This document shows, piece by piece, positions 45,775-54,974 of a stretch of DNA of 64,000 bases. The DNA lies in IMG/VR virus record IMGVR_UViG_3300030419_008158, positions 220,430 through 284,429 of that record; one strand, 5' to 3'. Positions within the stretch are counted from its first letter, which is position 1. Each line of letters begins with the position of its first letter. A program made the translations under genes and the position numbers. The notes below the pieces were generated by a model, which had not been told where the DNA came from, did no database searches, and saw only the letters and a list, made by a program, of their open reading frames with translations.

Positions 45775-46395
45775 TCAATAATACACGGCGCCGCTGATGT
45801 TAGCATCTGGATATTTCTTAGCCATTTTGTCTTTAAGGTGACCAATTTGAGGCTGCATCATCTTACCAAAGTGCACATAACCTCCATCCGGATCGACATA
45901 TCTTTGAAAAAACTCATCGACTAATTTACTGGCAATTTGTTCACCTCGGTGATCTTGACGTACATTCAAATAGTCTATATGCCACCTCGGGTTGCCGTCG
46001 GCTGCCTCGCCTTCTTGGTGGTAATCCAAAAATCCTATGATGCATGGATCTGACACGCCTGGATGATACTGACCTTTTCTCGGTTTTTTCAACCTTCGGC
46101 CGGATTTTCCGTACCTCTCCATTTCTTGATAGCCGGTAAAATATGCATCTTCATAATCAGGTAACTCTGTCACATCGGTTTCACAGTATGCCAAGCGTTT
46201 GCGATTTTTACTACCCCAGTATGCCAGAGGAGAATCTAGTTCCCGAAATACAATAGATTCGGCGAGAAGCTCTCTAATCAATGGTCTTAAAACTGTTTCC
46301 TGCATCACCTGGCCTTCAAGATCTTCCAGCACACTACGATTTATTGGTACATCTTGACGCTGCAGGCTGGTGAAGATTTGTGGCTCTTTTTGCAT
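45775..46395 (-). CDS. GNAT-fold protein with leader-like segment
   Basis: MQE|TVLRPLIRELLAE; IDYLNVRQDHRGEQIASKLV. Confidence 0.6.
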   Translation of the reverse strand: MQKEPQIFTSLQRQDVPINRSVLEDLEGQVMQETVLRPLIRELLAESIVFRELDSPLAYWGSKNRKRLAYCETDVTELPDYEDAYFTGYQEMERYGKSGRRLKKPRKGQYHPGVSDPCIIGFLDYHQEGEAADGNPRWHIDYLNVRQDHRGEQIASKLVDEFFQRYVDPDGGYVHFGKMMQPQIGHLKDKMAKKYPDANISGAVYY

Positions 46396-46396
46396 T

Positions 46397-46738
46397 TTAT
46401 AGTCCTGTACTCGTCTCTAGATCCCATGGACCGTAATGTTCGTATTCGACCATTTTTCGACGGACTTCTTTCCATTCATATTCTCGAAAATTACCAATCT
46501 CGTTGATTTTCCCCAGGTCTTCGTAGGCATCTCTTGGCATCGTGACATTTCGCCCATTTGATCTATCAATCACAAGATTGCTGCGCGTATCAATAACATA
46601 GGCGTGACCAAAGTTTACACCCTCAAGTGGGCCTTGCCCAGCAACCTCAGCGTGAACTATTGTGTAGTGACAGGGCCCAAACAGGCACCTGTCCATAACA
46701 AAATTCGCGGCTGCCTCGTAACAATCACCTAGTTTCAT
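46397..46738 (-). CDS. Stand-alone papain/transglutaminase-like domain
   Basis: GDCY...IVH...GHAYV...VID...GPW, paralogous to the N-domain of 2343..3128. Confidence 0.6.
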   Translation of the reverse strand: MKLGDCYEAAANFVMDRCLFGPCHYTIVHAEVAGQGPLEGVNFGHAYVIDTRSNLVIDRSNGRNVTMPRDAYEDLGKINEIGNFREYEWKEVRRKMVEYEHYGPWDLETSTGL

Positions 46739-46934
46739 CTTTTAGAGCCTCTTTAGTTGGTAATAGATCATTTATATTTTCGTTTCTAGTAATTCCAGAC
46801 TGATAGATTACTTTTGCAAATTTTTTATCGTCTAAACTAAATATCTCAACAATTATCCCTAGTGTCCCTATTCTATTGTGTGTAACAAGATCTCCCTTTT
46901 GAAAACCTTTCTCATGTAATGTATAAGCTTGCAT
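46725..46934 (-). CDS. Small SH3-like hypothetical protein
   Basis: FQKGDLV...LGIIVEI. Confidence 0.5.
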   Translation of the reverse strand: MQAYTLHEKGFQKGDLVTHNRIGTLGIIVEIFSLDDKKFAKVIYQSGITRNENINDLLPTKEALKDETR

Positions 46935-47451
46935 GTGTACACCACCCACAAATAACAAAAATATGCCATACAAAATGTAGCCAATTTGTATAGCTAGCAA
47001 AATAGAACGGCAGCCCGGCTGCGTAAATCAACGTTCCAATAGCAACAATCTCCCACTGACTGCTAAAAAGACACCCTATCGCAGTGCATGCAACTGCAAT
47101 TGTAATCAAAGTTACGTCTGTAAAAATAGTAGCAGTCTCAGATTTAATGACAGGAAAAGACATTGTTGCTGTTAGCACAAGAAAAGAAACACCAAGATGT
47201 ACTGGTAAGAGATGAAAAACAGAAGCTGGTATTAACCAAAAAATCGATGCAACATCCCATCTTCTGGCAATTCTCTTCCCTGAACTTTCAGGGAAGAGGT
47301 GGTAAATAGCTGAGAATAAAAATGTCAGAGAAGAAATTGCAAAAAAGACAAAATTTGAATTGCCTTCTAAAATTTTAGACAACGAATATACTACTACAGG
47401 AAGGTGCACACACGCATTTGCGAATTCTTCAGATTTTGATCGACCATACAA
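46912..47451 (-). CDS. Hemolysin III / PAQR family membrane protein
   Basis: EEFANACVH, SAIYH, RWDVASIF, HFVWHIFV. Confidence 0.85.
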   Translation of the reverse strand: MYGRSKSEEFANACVHLPVVVYSLSKILEGNSNFVFFAISSLTFLFSAIYHLFPESSGKRIARRWDVASIFWLIPASVFHLLPVHLGVSFLVLTATMSFPVIKSETATIFTDVTLITIAVACTAIGCLFSSQWEIVAIGTLIYAAGLPFYFASYTNWLHFVWHIFVICGWCTHASLYIT

Positions 47452-47487
47452 AATCCACCTTGCCCCGTGAAGTTGAACTAGAAAATA

Positions 47488-47634
47488 TTACCACTCTGCG
47501 TCGTAGCCGCCCTCAGACGCATCAATAATTTTATTTAGCAGCTTAAAAAACAAGGAAGTACAAAGCATGGAGGTCAAAATAAGAGAAGTGCCTAAGACAA
47601 ATACCCCTATCAAAACGCTACCAAAGACGCTCAT
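47488..47634 (-). CDS. Small single-TM protein (48 aa)
   Basis: Below cutoff; AGGAG RBS; MSVFGSVLIGVFVLG... Confidence 0.55.
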   Translation of the reverse strand: MSVFGSVLIGVFVLGTSLILTSMLCTSLFFKLLNKIIDASEGGYDAEW

Positions 47635-47664
47635 TTTTACTCCTTGTCTATAACTATAGAACCT

Positions 47665-48312
47665 CTAGTCAGATTTTCCAGCATAAGCTGATAAAATTTT
47701 GCGGCTGTCTTTAATTTTTTTGTCAAGCCTGCCTCGTTTTATAAGATTTCTATTGTTTTCAATCTCTTCGTGCAAACTTTTTGTAAAGGGCCACATAAAA
47801 TAATAGCTTGATCCTGTAAATTGCTTTTCTAAAAATTCAAGATCAGAAAACTGTCTGTATTGTGAAAATAATACAGCATCAGTCATTGCATATCCTCTAA
47901 TCTCCCAAAAAGTCCGAAACGGTGCTGGCAAAGGAGCAAGAAATAAAAGAAAAAGAAGAGCCCAAGGCCCCACAATAAGCGCTGTTAGCGCGAACAAAGA
48001 AAGCCATTGTGGAAACAAATAACTCAGCCTAAACGCTATTGAACCTACATTTTTCTCATCGCTGATGTGTACTAGCTCATGACACAATGTCCTTGCTGCT
48101 GTATCGCGATTTGTCTTGAGCCACTCTCTCGAAGGAAAGTATACGGTGTTACCTACAACAGTAGTGTAGCTTGTCATAAAGCCCTTGTTAAAAAACAACA
48201 GCACTGACAACAATTTCATCAATTTGCTCTCATTTTTGAAAGCAACTTTAGCACCAAAAAGTCGTCTACCAAGTACTACCAGTCTGTCGTATGAATCCAA
48301 AGTTGTATTCAT
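47665..48312 (-). CDS. Membrane HExxH metallopeptidase-like protein
   Basis: LCHELVH...WEIRGY; GATAATTA motif at 48333. Confidence 0.6.
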   Translation of the reverse strand: MNTTLDSYDRLVVLGRRLFGAKVAFKNESKLMKLLSVLLFFNKGFMTSYTTVVGNTVYFPSREWLKTNRDTAARTLCHELVHISDEKNVGSIAFRLSYLFPQWLSLFALTALIVGPWALLFLLFLAPLPAPFRTFWEIRGYAMTDAVLFSQYRQFSDLEFLEKQFTGSSYYFMWPFTKSLHEEIENNRNLIKRGRLDKKIKDSRKILSAYAGKSD

Positions 48313-48339
48313 TTGACCACCTCCATGAGAACTAATTAT

Positions 48340-48816
48340 CTAGCGGATCTCTTTTGGTGCTCTTAGCAAAGACATGTTCGCTTCTTTGGGTGTTTTGCTA
48401 CCTTTCCTGGTGTTACATGGTGAACAACATAGAACAAGATTTGTCCACGTATCTCTTCCACCCCTAGACTTTGGTAAAACATGATCTACAGTTGATTTTG
48501 CAAATGACACAGGCTTGCAGCAATACTGGCATATTCCGTTGTCACGCTCAAAAATATTTTTACGATTTGGCTTTCTGGTTTTTGGAGGAACTTTTATTGC
48601 CCCTAAAAAAACTCCTTTTCGAAATCTAACAATGGATGGCATTGGCAAAAATCCACTCACTGTCCCAATTACCAGTTTGGGATGATTTTCGATCACTTCA
48701 AAACGACCAGTATGTACATCTTTTATAGCATCTTGCCATGTTGTTGTATACATTGGTTCGTACCCAGTGCTCAAGACCTCAACTGATTGCTTCGTATTAA
48801 GCAAATCACCTTCCAT
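48340..48816 (-). CDS. HNH endonuclease
   Basis: IFERD..CQYC, TVDHVLPKSRGG, W.NLV.CC..CN.RK. Confidence 0.9.
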   Translation of the reverse strand: MEGDLLNTKQSVEVLSTGYEPMYTTTWQDAIKDVHTGRFEVIENHPKLVIGTVSGFLPMPSIVRFRKGVFLGAIKVPPKTRKPNRKNIFERDNGICQYCCKPVSFAKSTVDHVLPKSRGGRDTWTNLVLCCSPCNTRKGSKTPKEANMSLLRAPKEIR

Positions 48817-48885
48817 ATAACTAAGTAACATTAGGTTCAAAACTAATATAATCAATTTGGATCGATTTTTCATCCGGAGAAAAAA

Positions 48886-49233
48886 TTGCAACTATTTTTT
48901 TTGATAGCAATCTTTGCTATTATGCACACCATTATATGGTACAGTACAAACTGGCAGCTAGTCAAAGGTGTTGACAAAAATAGCGCTCTTATGTTTGCTG
49001 TAGTTTTAGCAATTCCCATATCTTTGCTAGCTTTTTACGGAACTAAAATTGCTTATGAAGCATTTAGCAGCGCTTGGTCTGTAAGGCTTTTTGCGTTCGG
49101 GATGTCATATATTACTTTTCCAATTTTAACTTGGGTTATGCTAGACGAATCACCCTTCAATACAAAAACGATGATCTGCATATCGCTGTCTTTTATTATT
49201 ATTGCAGTGCAGCTGTTTTGGAGAAATACTTAG
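48886..49233 (+). CDS. Small 4-TM membrane protein (DMT-like)
   Basis: Four hydrophobic helices. Confidence 0.6.
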   Translation: MQLFFLIAIFAIMHTIIWYSTNWQLVKGVDKNSALMFAVVLAIPISLLAFYGTKIAYEAFSSAWSVRLFAFGMSYITFPILTWVMLDESPFNTKTMICISLSFIIIAVQLFWRNT

Positions 49234-49237
49234 ATGT

Positions 49238-49537
49238 GTGGTCCAAAGAGCCAAAAATCTCACACTAATACTTTATATAGTAATTGCAAACTTAGTAGAT
49301 GCGATTCTTACGTACACTGCTGTTAGCGATGGGAAAGCAAGCGAACTAAACCCGCTGATGGCATTTCTTCTCGAAGCCAATGCAGCCTATTTCTTTCTAG
49401 TAAAGCTTTTACTAGTAACGCTAGGTCTAGCCCTGCTTTTTCTTAGCAAGAATCAAAAGCTTGCTTATTATGCACTTTGGGTGTGTGCTATTGTCTACAC
49501 AGCTATCTTGATCATTCACGCAAATATTCCTTACTAA
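49238..49537 (+). CDS. DUF5658-like membrane protein
   Basis: NLVDAILT...ELNPLM...F.LVK. Confidence 0.65.
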   Translation: MVQRAKNLTLILYIVIANLVDAILTYTAVSDGKASELNPLMAFLLEANAAYFFLVKLLLVTLGLALLFLSKNQKLAYYALWVCAIVYTAILIIHANIPY

Positions 49538-49790
49538 AATTTGCAAGGCCGCTATTGAGTATTTCAATTTTCTGCTTTTTGCGGAGGCGCTTAAAAGCAT
49601 ACTCTACTTTGAGAGCGTCAGATTTGAATACTGAGACTTTACAAAAATCATCGAGGACAACTGGTAGACGAGAGCGTGTGTACTTAGAACCCTTTCCCTT
49701 GTTGTGGACCTCTACTCTGGCTTGGACATTTTTTGTAATCCCACAATACAGAGAATTATCGCTACACTTTACGACGTAAAGATACCACAT
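49512..49790 (-). CDS. GIY-YIG nuclease (UPF0213)
   Basis: YLYVVKC.D.SLYCGIT..V..R...HN.GKG.KYT. Confidence 0.9.
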   Translation of the reverse strand: MWYLYVVKCSDNSLYCGITKNVQARVEVHNKGKGSKYTRSRLPVVLDDFCKVSVFKSDALKVEYAFKRLRKKQKIEILNSGLANFSKEYLRE

Positions 49791-49996
49791 TAGACATTGT
49801 GAACAGAAAGCTCAGTTGTTTTGACGATAGCAAAGCTTTCATTATCAAGCTTTATTTTTGCGTATGCTTCAAAAGGAGGCACGCCACCGACCATTAGCAT
49901 CGTCGTAGAAGGCTTATGAAATATTTCAACAACTTCTCCAACAATGTTAGCATCTAAAAATGCCCTTACTCTGTCCCCTACACGAACCTGTTTCAT
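49790..49996 (-). CDS. Hypothetical protein
   Basis: Coupled ORF. Confidence 0.6.
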   Translation of the reverse strand: MKQVRVGDRVRAFLDANIVGEVVEIFHKPSTTMLMVGGVPPFEAYAKIKLDNESFAIVKTTELSVHNV

Positions 49997-50256
49997 GCTT
50001 TCCCAACTTTTGTCATCATCAAGAGTTTAACTCTATCAACTGCGTTATCGATTGTTGTTTTTTGTAAATCTAGATGATTTTTCATGTCTGATGCTTTCAT
50101 TTCATCAAGCATACACCAAACAGACTCTCTTTCATCTTCAATTTCTTCAAGAAGATCTAGTGCCATGACCAGTGCTTTTTCTATTCTAGCAGGGTCATTT
50201 GATTGACTTTCTTCTCTAAGATCTTCAATCTTTTTTCTATTGTCACTCATAGTCAT
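49993..50256 (-). CDS. Hypothetical coiled-coil protein
   Basis: Coupled ORF. Confidence 0.6.
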   Translation of the reverse strand: MTMSDNRKKIEDLREESQSNDPARIEKALVMALDLLEEIEDERESVWCMLDEMKASDMKNHLDLQKTTIDNAVDRVKLLMMTKVGKA

Positions 50257-50289
50257 TAATGTAAAAAAAGCACGCTGTTGGTAAACTGT

Positions 50290-50607
50290 CTAAAACGTGT
50301 TGTACTTAGCATGCCCAAATACTTCGCCAGTATCCGGATCTTGATAAATTGTAACACCGCCCGGAAAACTTCCGCCAGACCACTGTTGAAATCTTTCAAC
50401 TGTCTCTTCGGGAGACTCGCCCGGCTTTGACGACCAAATTTCATGCGTATCGGCGTAATATTTTCCGGCAAGTCTTTTTTTAAGATCGCTTACTTTGGCT
50501 TGAATGTCTGCTTTGAGAGCATAATTTACCTTGCTGCCTCTGATCGTTTGCTCTTTGTCGATCTGTTCCCTTATGAGGTCTCGGATCTGCTTCCTGGTTA
50601 TCTTCAT
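50290..50607 (-). CDS. Class B leader cargo protein
   Basis: MKITRKQIRDLIREQ. Confidence 0.75.
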   Translation of the reverse strand: MKITRKQIRDLIREQIDKEQTIRGSKVNYALKADIQAKVSDLKKRLAGKYYADTHEIWSSKPGESPEETVERFQQWSGGSFPGGVTIYQDPDTGEVFGHAKYNTF

Positions 50608-51173
50608 CCTCTCATCTCCCTTGCAGTTGATAATTGTTCTCCGGACTCTTCTGCCCCTTCAACATCTCCCTTATCAAGAGCTTTTTGACGTTGTGCTGAC
50701 AAGGACTTGACATTTTGGGCAGTCGCTTGCTGTGTCGCTGGTGTAGAATCACCCATATCGACATCTAGGCCCATGGTTCCCACTGTCTCGTAACCGCTTT
50801 CGTCGTCGGTGTCATCTTTTTTTTCTGGTGGAGTGTATCCAACAACCTGCTCTTTCAAAGACTCCCTAATAATTCTTCTAAGCTGCTTTCTTGTAATTTT
50901 CACTTTAGATATTTCCTCTATTTCGACAACTAAGTTTTTCTGGCCCTTTATGATTCTGTGATAAGTATTTTTTGGAATAAAGTAAGTTTCGCCAGGAATC
51001 ATTCTCCGCGGAATGTTGTTTTCTAGCTGCAGCTGCCAACCATCTCCATGGCAGACTTTAACATTTCGGTCCGATCGGTCCCTATGCCAGACCAACTCGT
51101 CAGAGTCGACATCGGCACTAAACTCTCTCACTAGAAGACCTCTTTCTTTTTTTTGTTGAAAAGGATGCTTCAC
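50604..51173 (-). CDS. Cupin-like domain + internal class B leader + acidic domain
   Basis: VWHRD...IPKNTYHRIIKG; IEE|ISKVKITRKQLRRIIRESLKE. Confidence 0.7.
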   Translation of the reverse strand: MKHPFQQKKERGLLVREFSADVDSDELVWHRDRSDRNVKVCHGDGWQLQLENNIPRRMIPGETYFIPKNTYHRIIKGQKNLVVEIEEISKVKITRKQLRRIIRESLKEQVVGYTPPEKKDDTDDESGYETVGTMGLDVDMGDSTPATQQATAQNVKSLSAQRQKALDKGDVEGAEESGEQLSTAREMRG

Positions 51174-51907
51174 TACCACCACCCTGCAATATCTCTTCCA
51201 AAAAACTTTGTAGCGCGACATGACCAGTACCCTGGTTTTGTTTTATCTTTTTTATCAGAACAGTTGTGACGATCACCAAAGCTTTTCCTGCGCTTTTTGT
51301 GTGCAGGGCTATCGCCCATGGCATCAGGCATTGAAGAACCGAATGGGACTTTTTTCACTCTTATGGTGCCGTCCTTGTTCTTTTTTCCGGAATTTACATA
51401 GACATACGCTTTGCCGCCCTCGCCTCCGCGCTTTGGCTTGTTGAGCTCAACCTTCTTACCTTTGTACTCTGCTTCGTTTATGTGCTCTTCGTTTCCTTCC
51501 ATGATTGGATAGTCTAAAGGGACAAGTTGGCCTTCGTATATTGCAAACTCACCGATGTCTAAATCTTCGAGAAGTTCGTACTCTTCTAAAGATTTCGGAT
51601 CATATGTCCCCTCATAAAAACGTTGGCGTGCCTCTCTAAACAGAGCAAAGAACTTTGTAGATCCAGGACGAAATATGTTTTGATCCACGCCCACACCTGC
51701 ATCTAGGTGATAAAGGATTGCTTCTTCTAGCGTTTCTTTATCATCCTCGTTAATCTTTTCGCAGTTAGGGACCCTCTTTCCGCCTTTGCCTTTTTTGGTT
51801 TTCTTTCCAGACTGTGCTCCCGGACTATAGCCAGCCCAACAGGTGTTCTCCACTTCTTCCAGGGTCTCCCGAATTAAAATTCGAAGCTGTGTTTCTGAAA
51901 TTTGCAT
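51173..51907 (-). CDS. Leader-bearing multi-module basic protein
   Basis: MQISETQLRILIRE; modules bounded by INE|; CWAGY..VPNC; RHNC..GYWSC. Confidence 0.75.
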   Translation of the reverse strand: MQISETQLRILIRETLEEVENTCWAGYSPGAQSGKKTKKGKGGKRVPNCEKINEDDKETLEEAILYHLDAGVGVDQNIFRPGSTKFFALFREARQRFYEGTYDPKSLEEYELLEDLDIGEFAIYEGQLVPLDYPIMEGNEEHINEAEYKGKKVELNKPKRGGEGGKAYVYVNSGKKNKDGTIRVKKVPFGSSMPDAMGDSPAHKKRRKSFGDRHNCSDKKDKTKPGYWSCRATKFFGRDIAGWW

Positions 51908-51926
51908 TACTTCTTCTTTTTAGCTT

Positions 51927-52388
51927 TTAGTTATTTTCATTTGGGAGCTCTTTAACAACTTTTTTCAATTCATAAAATGACATACTGAGATTGATGCCAT
52001 CAGAGCTTGTTTTGTCTGTCTTTAAAAGAGAGCCCTCTATTTCAAAACCATCAGAGCTTTGATATTCAACATACATTAACATAAGCAGACGTGCTGCTGT
52101 TAAGTTTTTTTCAGAGGCGTCTCCGGGCCAAATAACGACAAGCAAATCAGGGACATTCATGCAGTTTTTGTGCCGCATTACTTGTGCCGGAATTGGAAAT
52201 CTAAAAGGTGGTACTGTGTAAAACTCTTCAGGCTCGCTACACTTCTCTGCTAAGTTTTGTGCAGAAACATGGTCATGTTGTTGCTTCTTGATAACTTTAG
52301 TGGCTCCGCCGCATCCTGAACAGCTTGCAGCAAACATGAGAAGCACTCCCAAGAATATAAGTACAGTATTTTTTGCCTTTTTTATCAC
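51927..52388 (-). CDS. Lipoprotein-like protein
   Basis: Hydrophobic N-terminus ending AASC. Confidence 0.65.
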   Translation of the reverse strand: MIKKAKNTVLIFLGVLLMFAASCSGCGGATKVIKKQQHDHVSAQNLAEKCSEPEEFYTVPPFRFPIPAQVMRHKNCMNVPDLLVVIWPGDASEKNLTAARLLMLMYVEYQSSDGFEIEGSLLKTDKTSSDGINLSMSFYELKKVVKELPNENN

Positions 52389-53119
52389 GTGTAGTCTCCA
52401 TTTATAAGCTTGTCAGTAAACTCTTCCATGGTTTTGTAAGCTAGTTGTCGAACTCGACGAGTCAACTCATTCTCTAAATCAATAGCTGCATCATCGACCT
52501 GTGCTTTCCATACAGACTTTGCCTCAGCGGCTGTCTCGCCCATGGCCATCATGGAGGGATCGCCCTTGTCAAAAGCTTTGACTTCTGCATCGTGCCACTT
52601 GTCAACTAGTTCACCCACATCAGACCAGTCAACCCTAGGCCAGTGATGCCCATTTCTTCCAAGGCCAGCAGCTTCATCCTGCTCTGCAAGATTTTCTTTC
52701 TCTTCTCTAATGATTCGCCTAAGTTGACGTTTTGTAATTTTCATTGTACTTCCTTTGTATTTTCTTTCGTTTACAGGTGTTTTCTTGTCTTGAACGCCGT
52801 GACCTGCTGTGATTGGGTGTTCTCCTTCTCGGACGGATTCAAGTAGACCCACTGGGATGTTTGTCTCAACTGACCCATCTGACCACTTGATATCGTACAC
52901 CTCAATCTTTCCGTTTTTGTCCAACGAGTGCCACATTACCTTACCAATCTCTTCTAGAGCGGAATCCTTCCGCTTAACGTGAGTCAGTCACGTATGACCA
53001 ATGATGTCCTTTTCATCACTATCTAAATCTTTAACAGGCTCGAGCCCTGAACCGAAAGGCACAGACTTTTCTGCCTCTTCTCTAATCAGTCTTGCAAGTT
53101 GTTTCTTTGTAATTTTCAT
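52385..53119 (-). CDS. Candidate selenoprotein: class B leader, in-frame TGA (codon 44), His-rich domain, second leader, third module
   Basis: ATG 53119 MKITKKQLARLIREE...IIGHT-TGA(52990-52988)-LTHVK... in frame with the track ORF 52385..52936. Confidence 0.7.
52954..52977 (-). promoter_or_regulatory. Bacterial SECIS-like hairpin
   Basis: TTA-AGCGGAA-GGA-TTCCGCT-C-TAG; loop 20 nt 3' of UGA, starting with G. Confidence 0.65.
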
Positions 53120-53120
53120 C

Positions 53121-53897
53121 TTAATATCTTCCTCCGCGGTCAGCTGGGTGTACCCAGCTAGGATCTACTTCACCGTTTCCGAATAGTTTCGGACGATGAG
53201 CATCTATAGCAATAGAGTATTCGTCATTGCCCCAATCACGCAGAGTTTTGTCTTTGCGTGGGTCGTATCCATCGTCTCCCGGATACTGCCAATTTCCACT
53301 TTCAGGATCTTTGTGTCCCGGACGGCTTTCGGCGAGCAAAGCTTCACGGATCACTCGTCTTAGTTGCTTCTTGGAAACTTTTACTCTTTTGCCTTCTTGA
53401 AATCCGTCGACTGTTCTGGCATCATACTTTGACTTTAACCAGCTAGCTAGCTTTTCATTAATGTCTGGAATGTCATCCTCATCTGACAATCCTTCTAGAG
53501 AATCGAGAGCGACGTTAAGAAAGTTATCCTCGACCGTGTCATCCACAATAGCAGCGACTTCGTCATCGACGTTTAGTTTGTCAAGCATCGTATCAGTCTT
53601 CTTATCATCAGGAGCAGAATACATACTCTTTAACGTCTGTGCTAGAGACAAAGCAGTGCCAGCGCCTGGAACGATATCAGCCAAAGCCCCTATTCCGAGA
53701 TCCTTTAACCCTTCGATACCCAACTTCGCTCTTTTTTCGCTCTGTAGCGTCTTAATTATTTTTCGAAGATCCCCGACCTTTCTGATCTGAGGGTCTACAT
53801 CCATCTCGTCAGCTAAGCGCTCCCAGTTGATTTCGTTGAGGAAACGTGCCTTCTCTTCTCTGATGATTCGTCTTAGTTGTCTTTTTGTTACTTTCAC
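53121..53897 (-). CDS. Class B leader cargo polyprotein (two leaders)
   Basis: VKVTKRQLRRIIREE...FLNE; FQE|GKRVKVSKKQLRRVIRE; middle domain paralogous to the C-domain of 3128..4345. Confidence 0.75.
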   Translation of the reverse strand: MKVTKRQLRRIIREEKARFLNEINWERLADEMDVDPQIRKVGDLRKIIKTLQSEKRAKLGIEGLKDLGIGALADIVPGAGTALSLAQTLKSMYSAPDDKKTDTMLDKLNVDDEVAAIVDDTVEDNFLNVALDSLEGLSDEDDIPDINEKLASWLKSKYDARTVDGFQEGKRVKVSKKQLRRVIREALLAESRPGHKDPESGNWQYPGDDGYDPRKDKTLRDWGNDEYSIAIDAHRPKLFGNGEVDPSWVHPADRGGRY

Positions 53898-54601
53898 TAC
53901 CAGCTTCCTCCCTCGGATTTCGCATGATTGAAGCCCATAGACCACCACTCGTAATTTTCGTCCTCTGGCATTGTATCATAGCCAGCGCCTCCATGGCTGC
54001 CAGCCTCATAGCCCACATCAAACCAGGCTTGTTGGTTTTTGGTCAAGCCTCTCTTGGGATTATCACCATAATAAGATCCATACTCTTTGAGTGCATTACC
54101 CATAATTGCCATGGCAAATTTACGCGTTGCCAGCGACTCAAAGGGCACTATAGATTCAAGTAGCCTTGACTTTTCTTCTTTGATGATTCTTCTTAGCTGC
54201 TTCTTGGTAATCTTTATTTTTGATTCTCCCATCATAACAGCTCTTTCTGCTTGTTGCACTTTGATTTCATGGCTAATATCTGAAACCCTCAGACCAAATG
54301 CGTCAGCTATCATAACCTTGTATGCTTCTCGCTTTGGGTCCTCTACGATATAAGATGCCACAACGGAGGAAGCTGATGGCGTTATGTGTCCGTTCTCTTC
54401 TGCCCACGCTACATAGTCATCGACGGGATCAAACCCACCGTCGTCCTGAACTCCCCCTATAGGCGCGTCGCCGGTTGGGTTATCACGATATCGCTCGTAG
54501 TCTCCAGGAACAGTTGGGTCGTAAGGTCGTCCACCATACTCCTCGAGCCTGGCTTTCTCTTCTCTAATGATTCTTCTTAGCTGCTTCTTAGTAATCTTCA
54601 T
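53897..54601 (-). CDS. Class B leader cargo polyprotein (two leaders)
   Basis: MKITKKQLRRIIREE; MGE|SKIKITKKQLRRIIKEE. Confidence 0.75.
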   Translation of the reverse strand: MKITKKQLRRIIREEKARLEEYGGRPYDPTVPGDYERYRDNPTGDAPIGGVQDDGGFDPVDDYVAWAEENGHITPSASSVVASYIVEDPKREAYKVMIADAFGLRVSDISHEIKVQQAERAVMMGESKIKITKKQLRRIIKEEKSRLLESIVPFESLATRKFAMAIMGNALKEYGSYYGDNPKRGLTKNQQAWFDVGYEAGSHGGAGYDTMPEDENYEWWSMGFNHAKSEGGSW

Positions 54602-54974
54602 TTTCACCTCTTATCCAGGCACCTATCTCATAGGGAATCTGTTCACGAACCAGTGTGTCTAGACGTTGATATTTGTCTATTAGTTTGCGACTTGGCTTGC
54701 CCACAGCAGACATGTCATGAAGTGCTGCACTGAAAACCGCCTCTAAATCTCTAGCATCGGCCTCGTACCCATCATCAAGGAACATCTCAATCGCATATTG
54801 CATCTCATCAATGGCTGACTCACTGAATTCGCCATCATCTTCTACGCTGCTCAACCTAGCATCGGTATCTGGAAAGTATGTCTGCTTTATCTTGCCAGGT
54901 GCGCGTAACATCGGTGCTTCGCGGAGAAGTTCTTCTTTGATGATTCTTCTAAGCTGTCTCTTTGTGACTTTCAT
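54588..54974 (-). CDS. Class B leader cargo protein
   Basis: MKVTKRQLRRIIKEELLRE. Confidence 0.75.
   Translation of the reverse strand: MKVTKRQLRRIIKEELLREAPMLRAPGKIKQTYFPDTDARLSSVEDDGEFSESAIDEMQYAIEMFLDDGYEADARDLEAVFSAALHDMSAVGKPSRKLIDKYQRLDTLVREQIPYEIGAWIRGENEDY

Noticed and set aside
48340-49790. HNH and GIY-YIG genes as mobile homing endonucleases or intron ORFs
   Set aside because: Both are short free-standing family members with no flanking intron structure or interrupted host gene.
52988-52990. Genome-wide TGA reassignment (code 4 or 25)
   Set aside because: TGA terminates many genes via ATGA overlaps (e.g. 1750, 2343, 5609, 8613), and long genes have no internal TGA.
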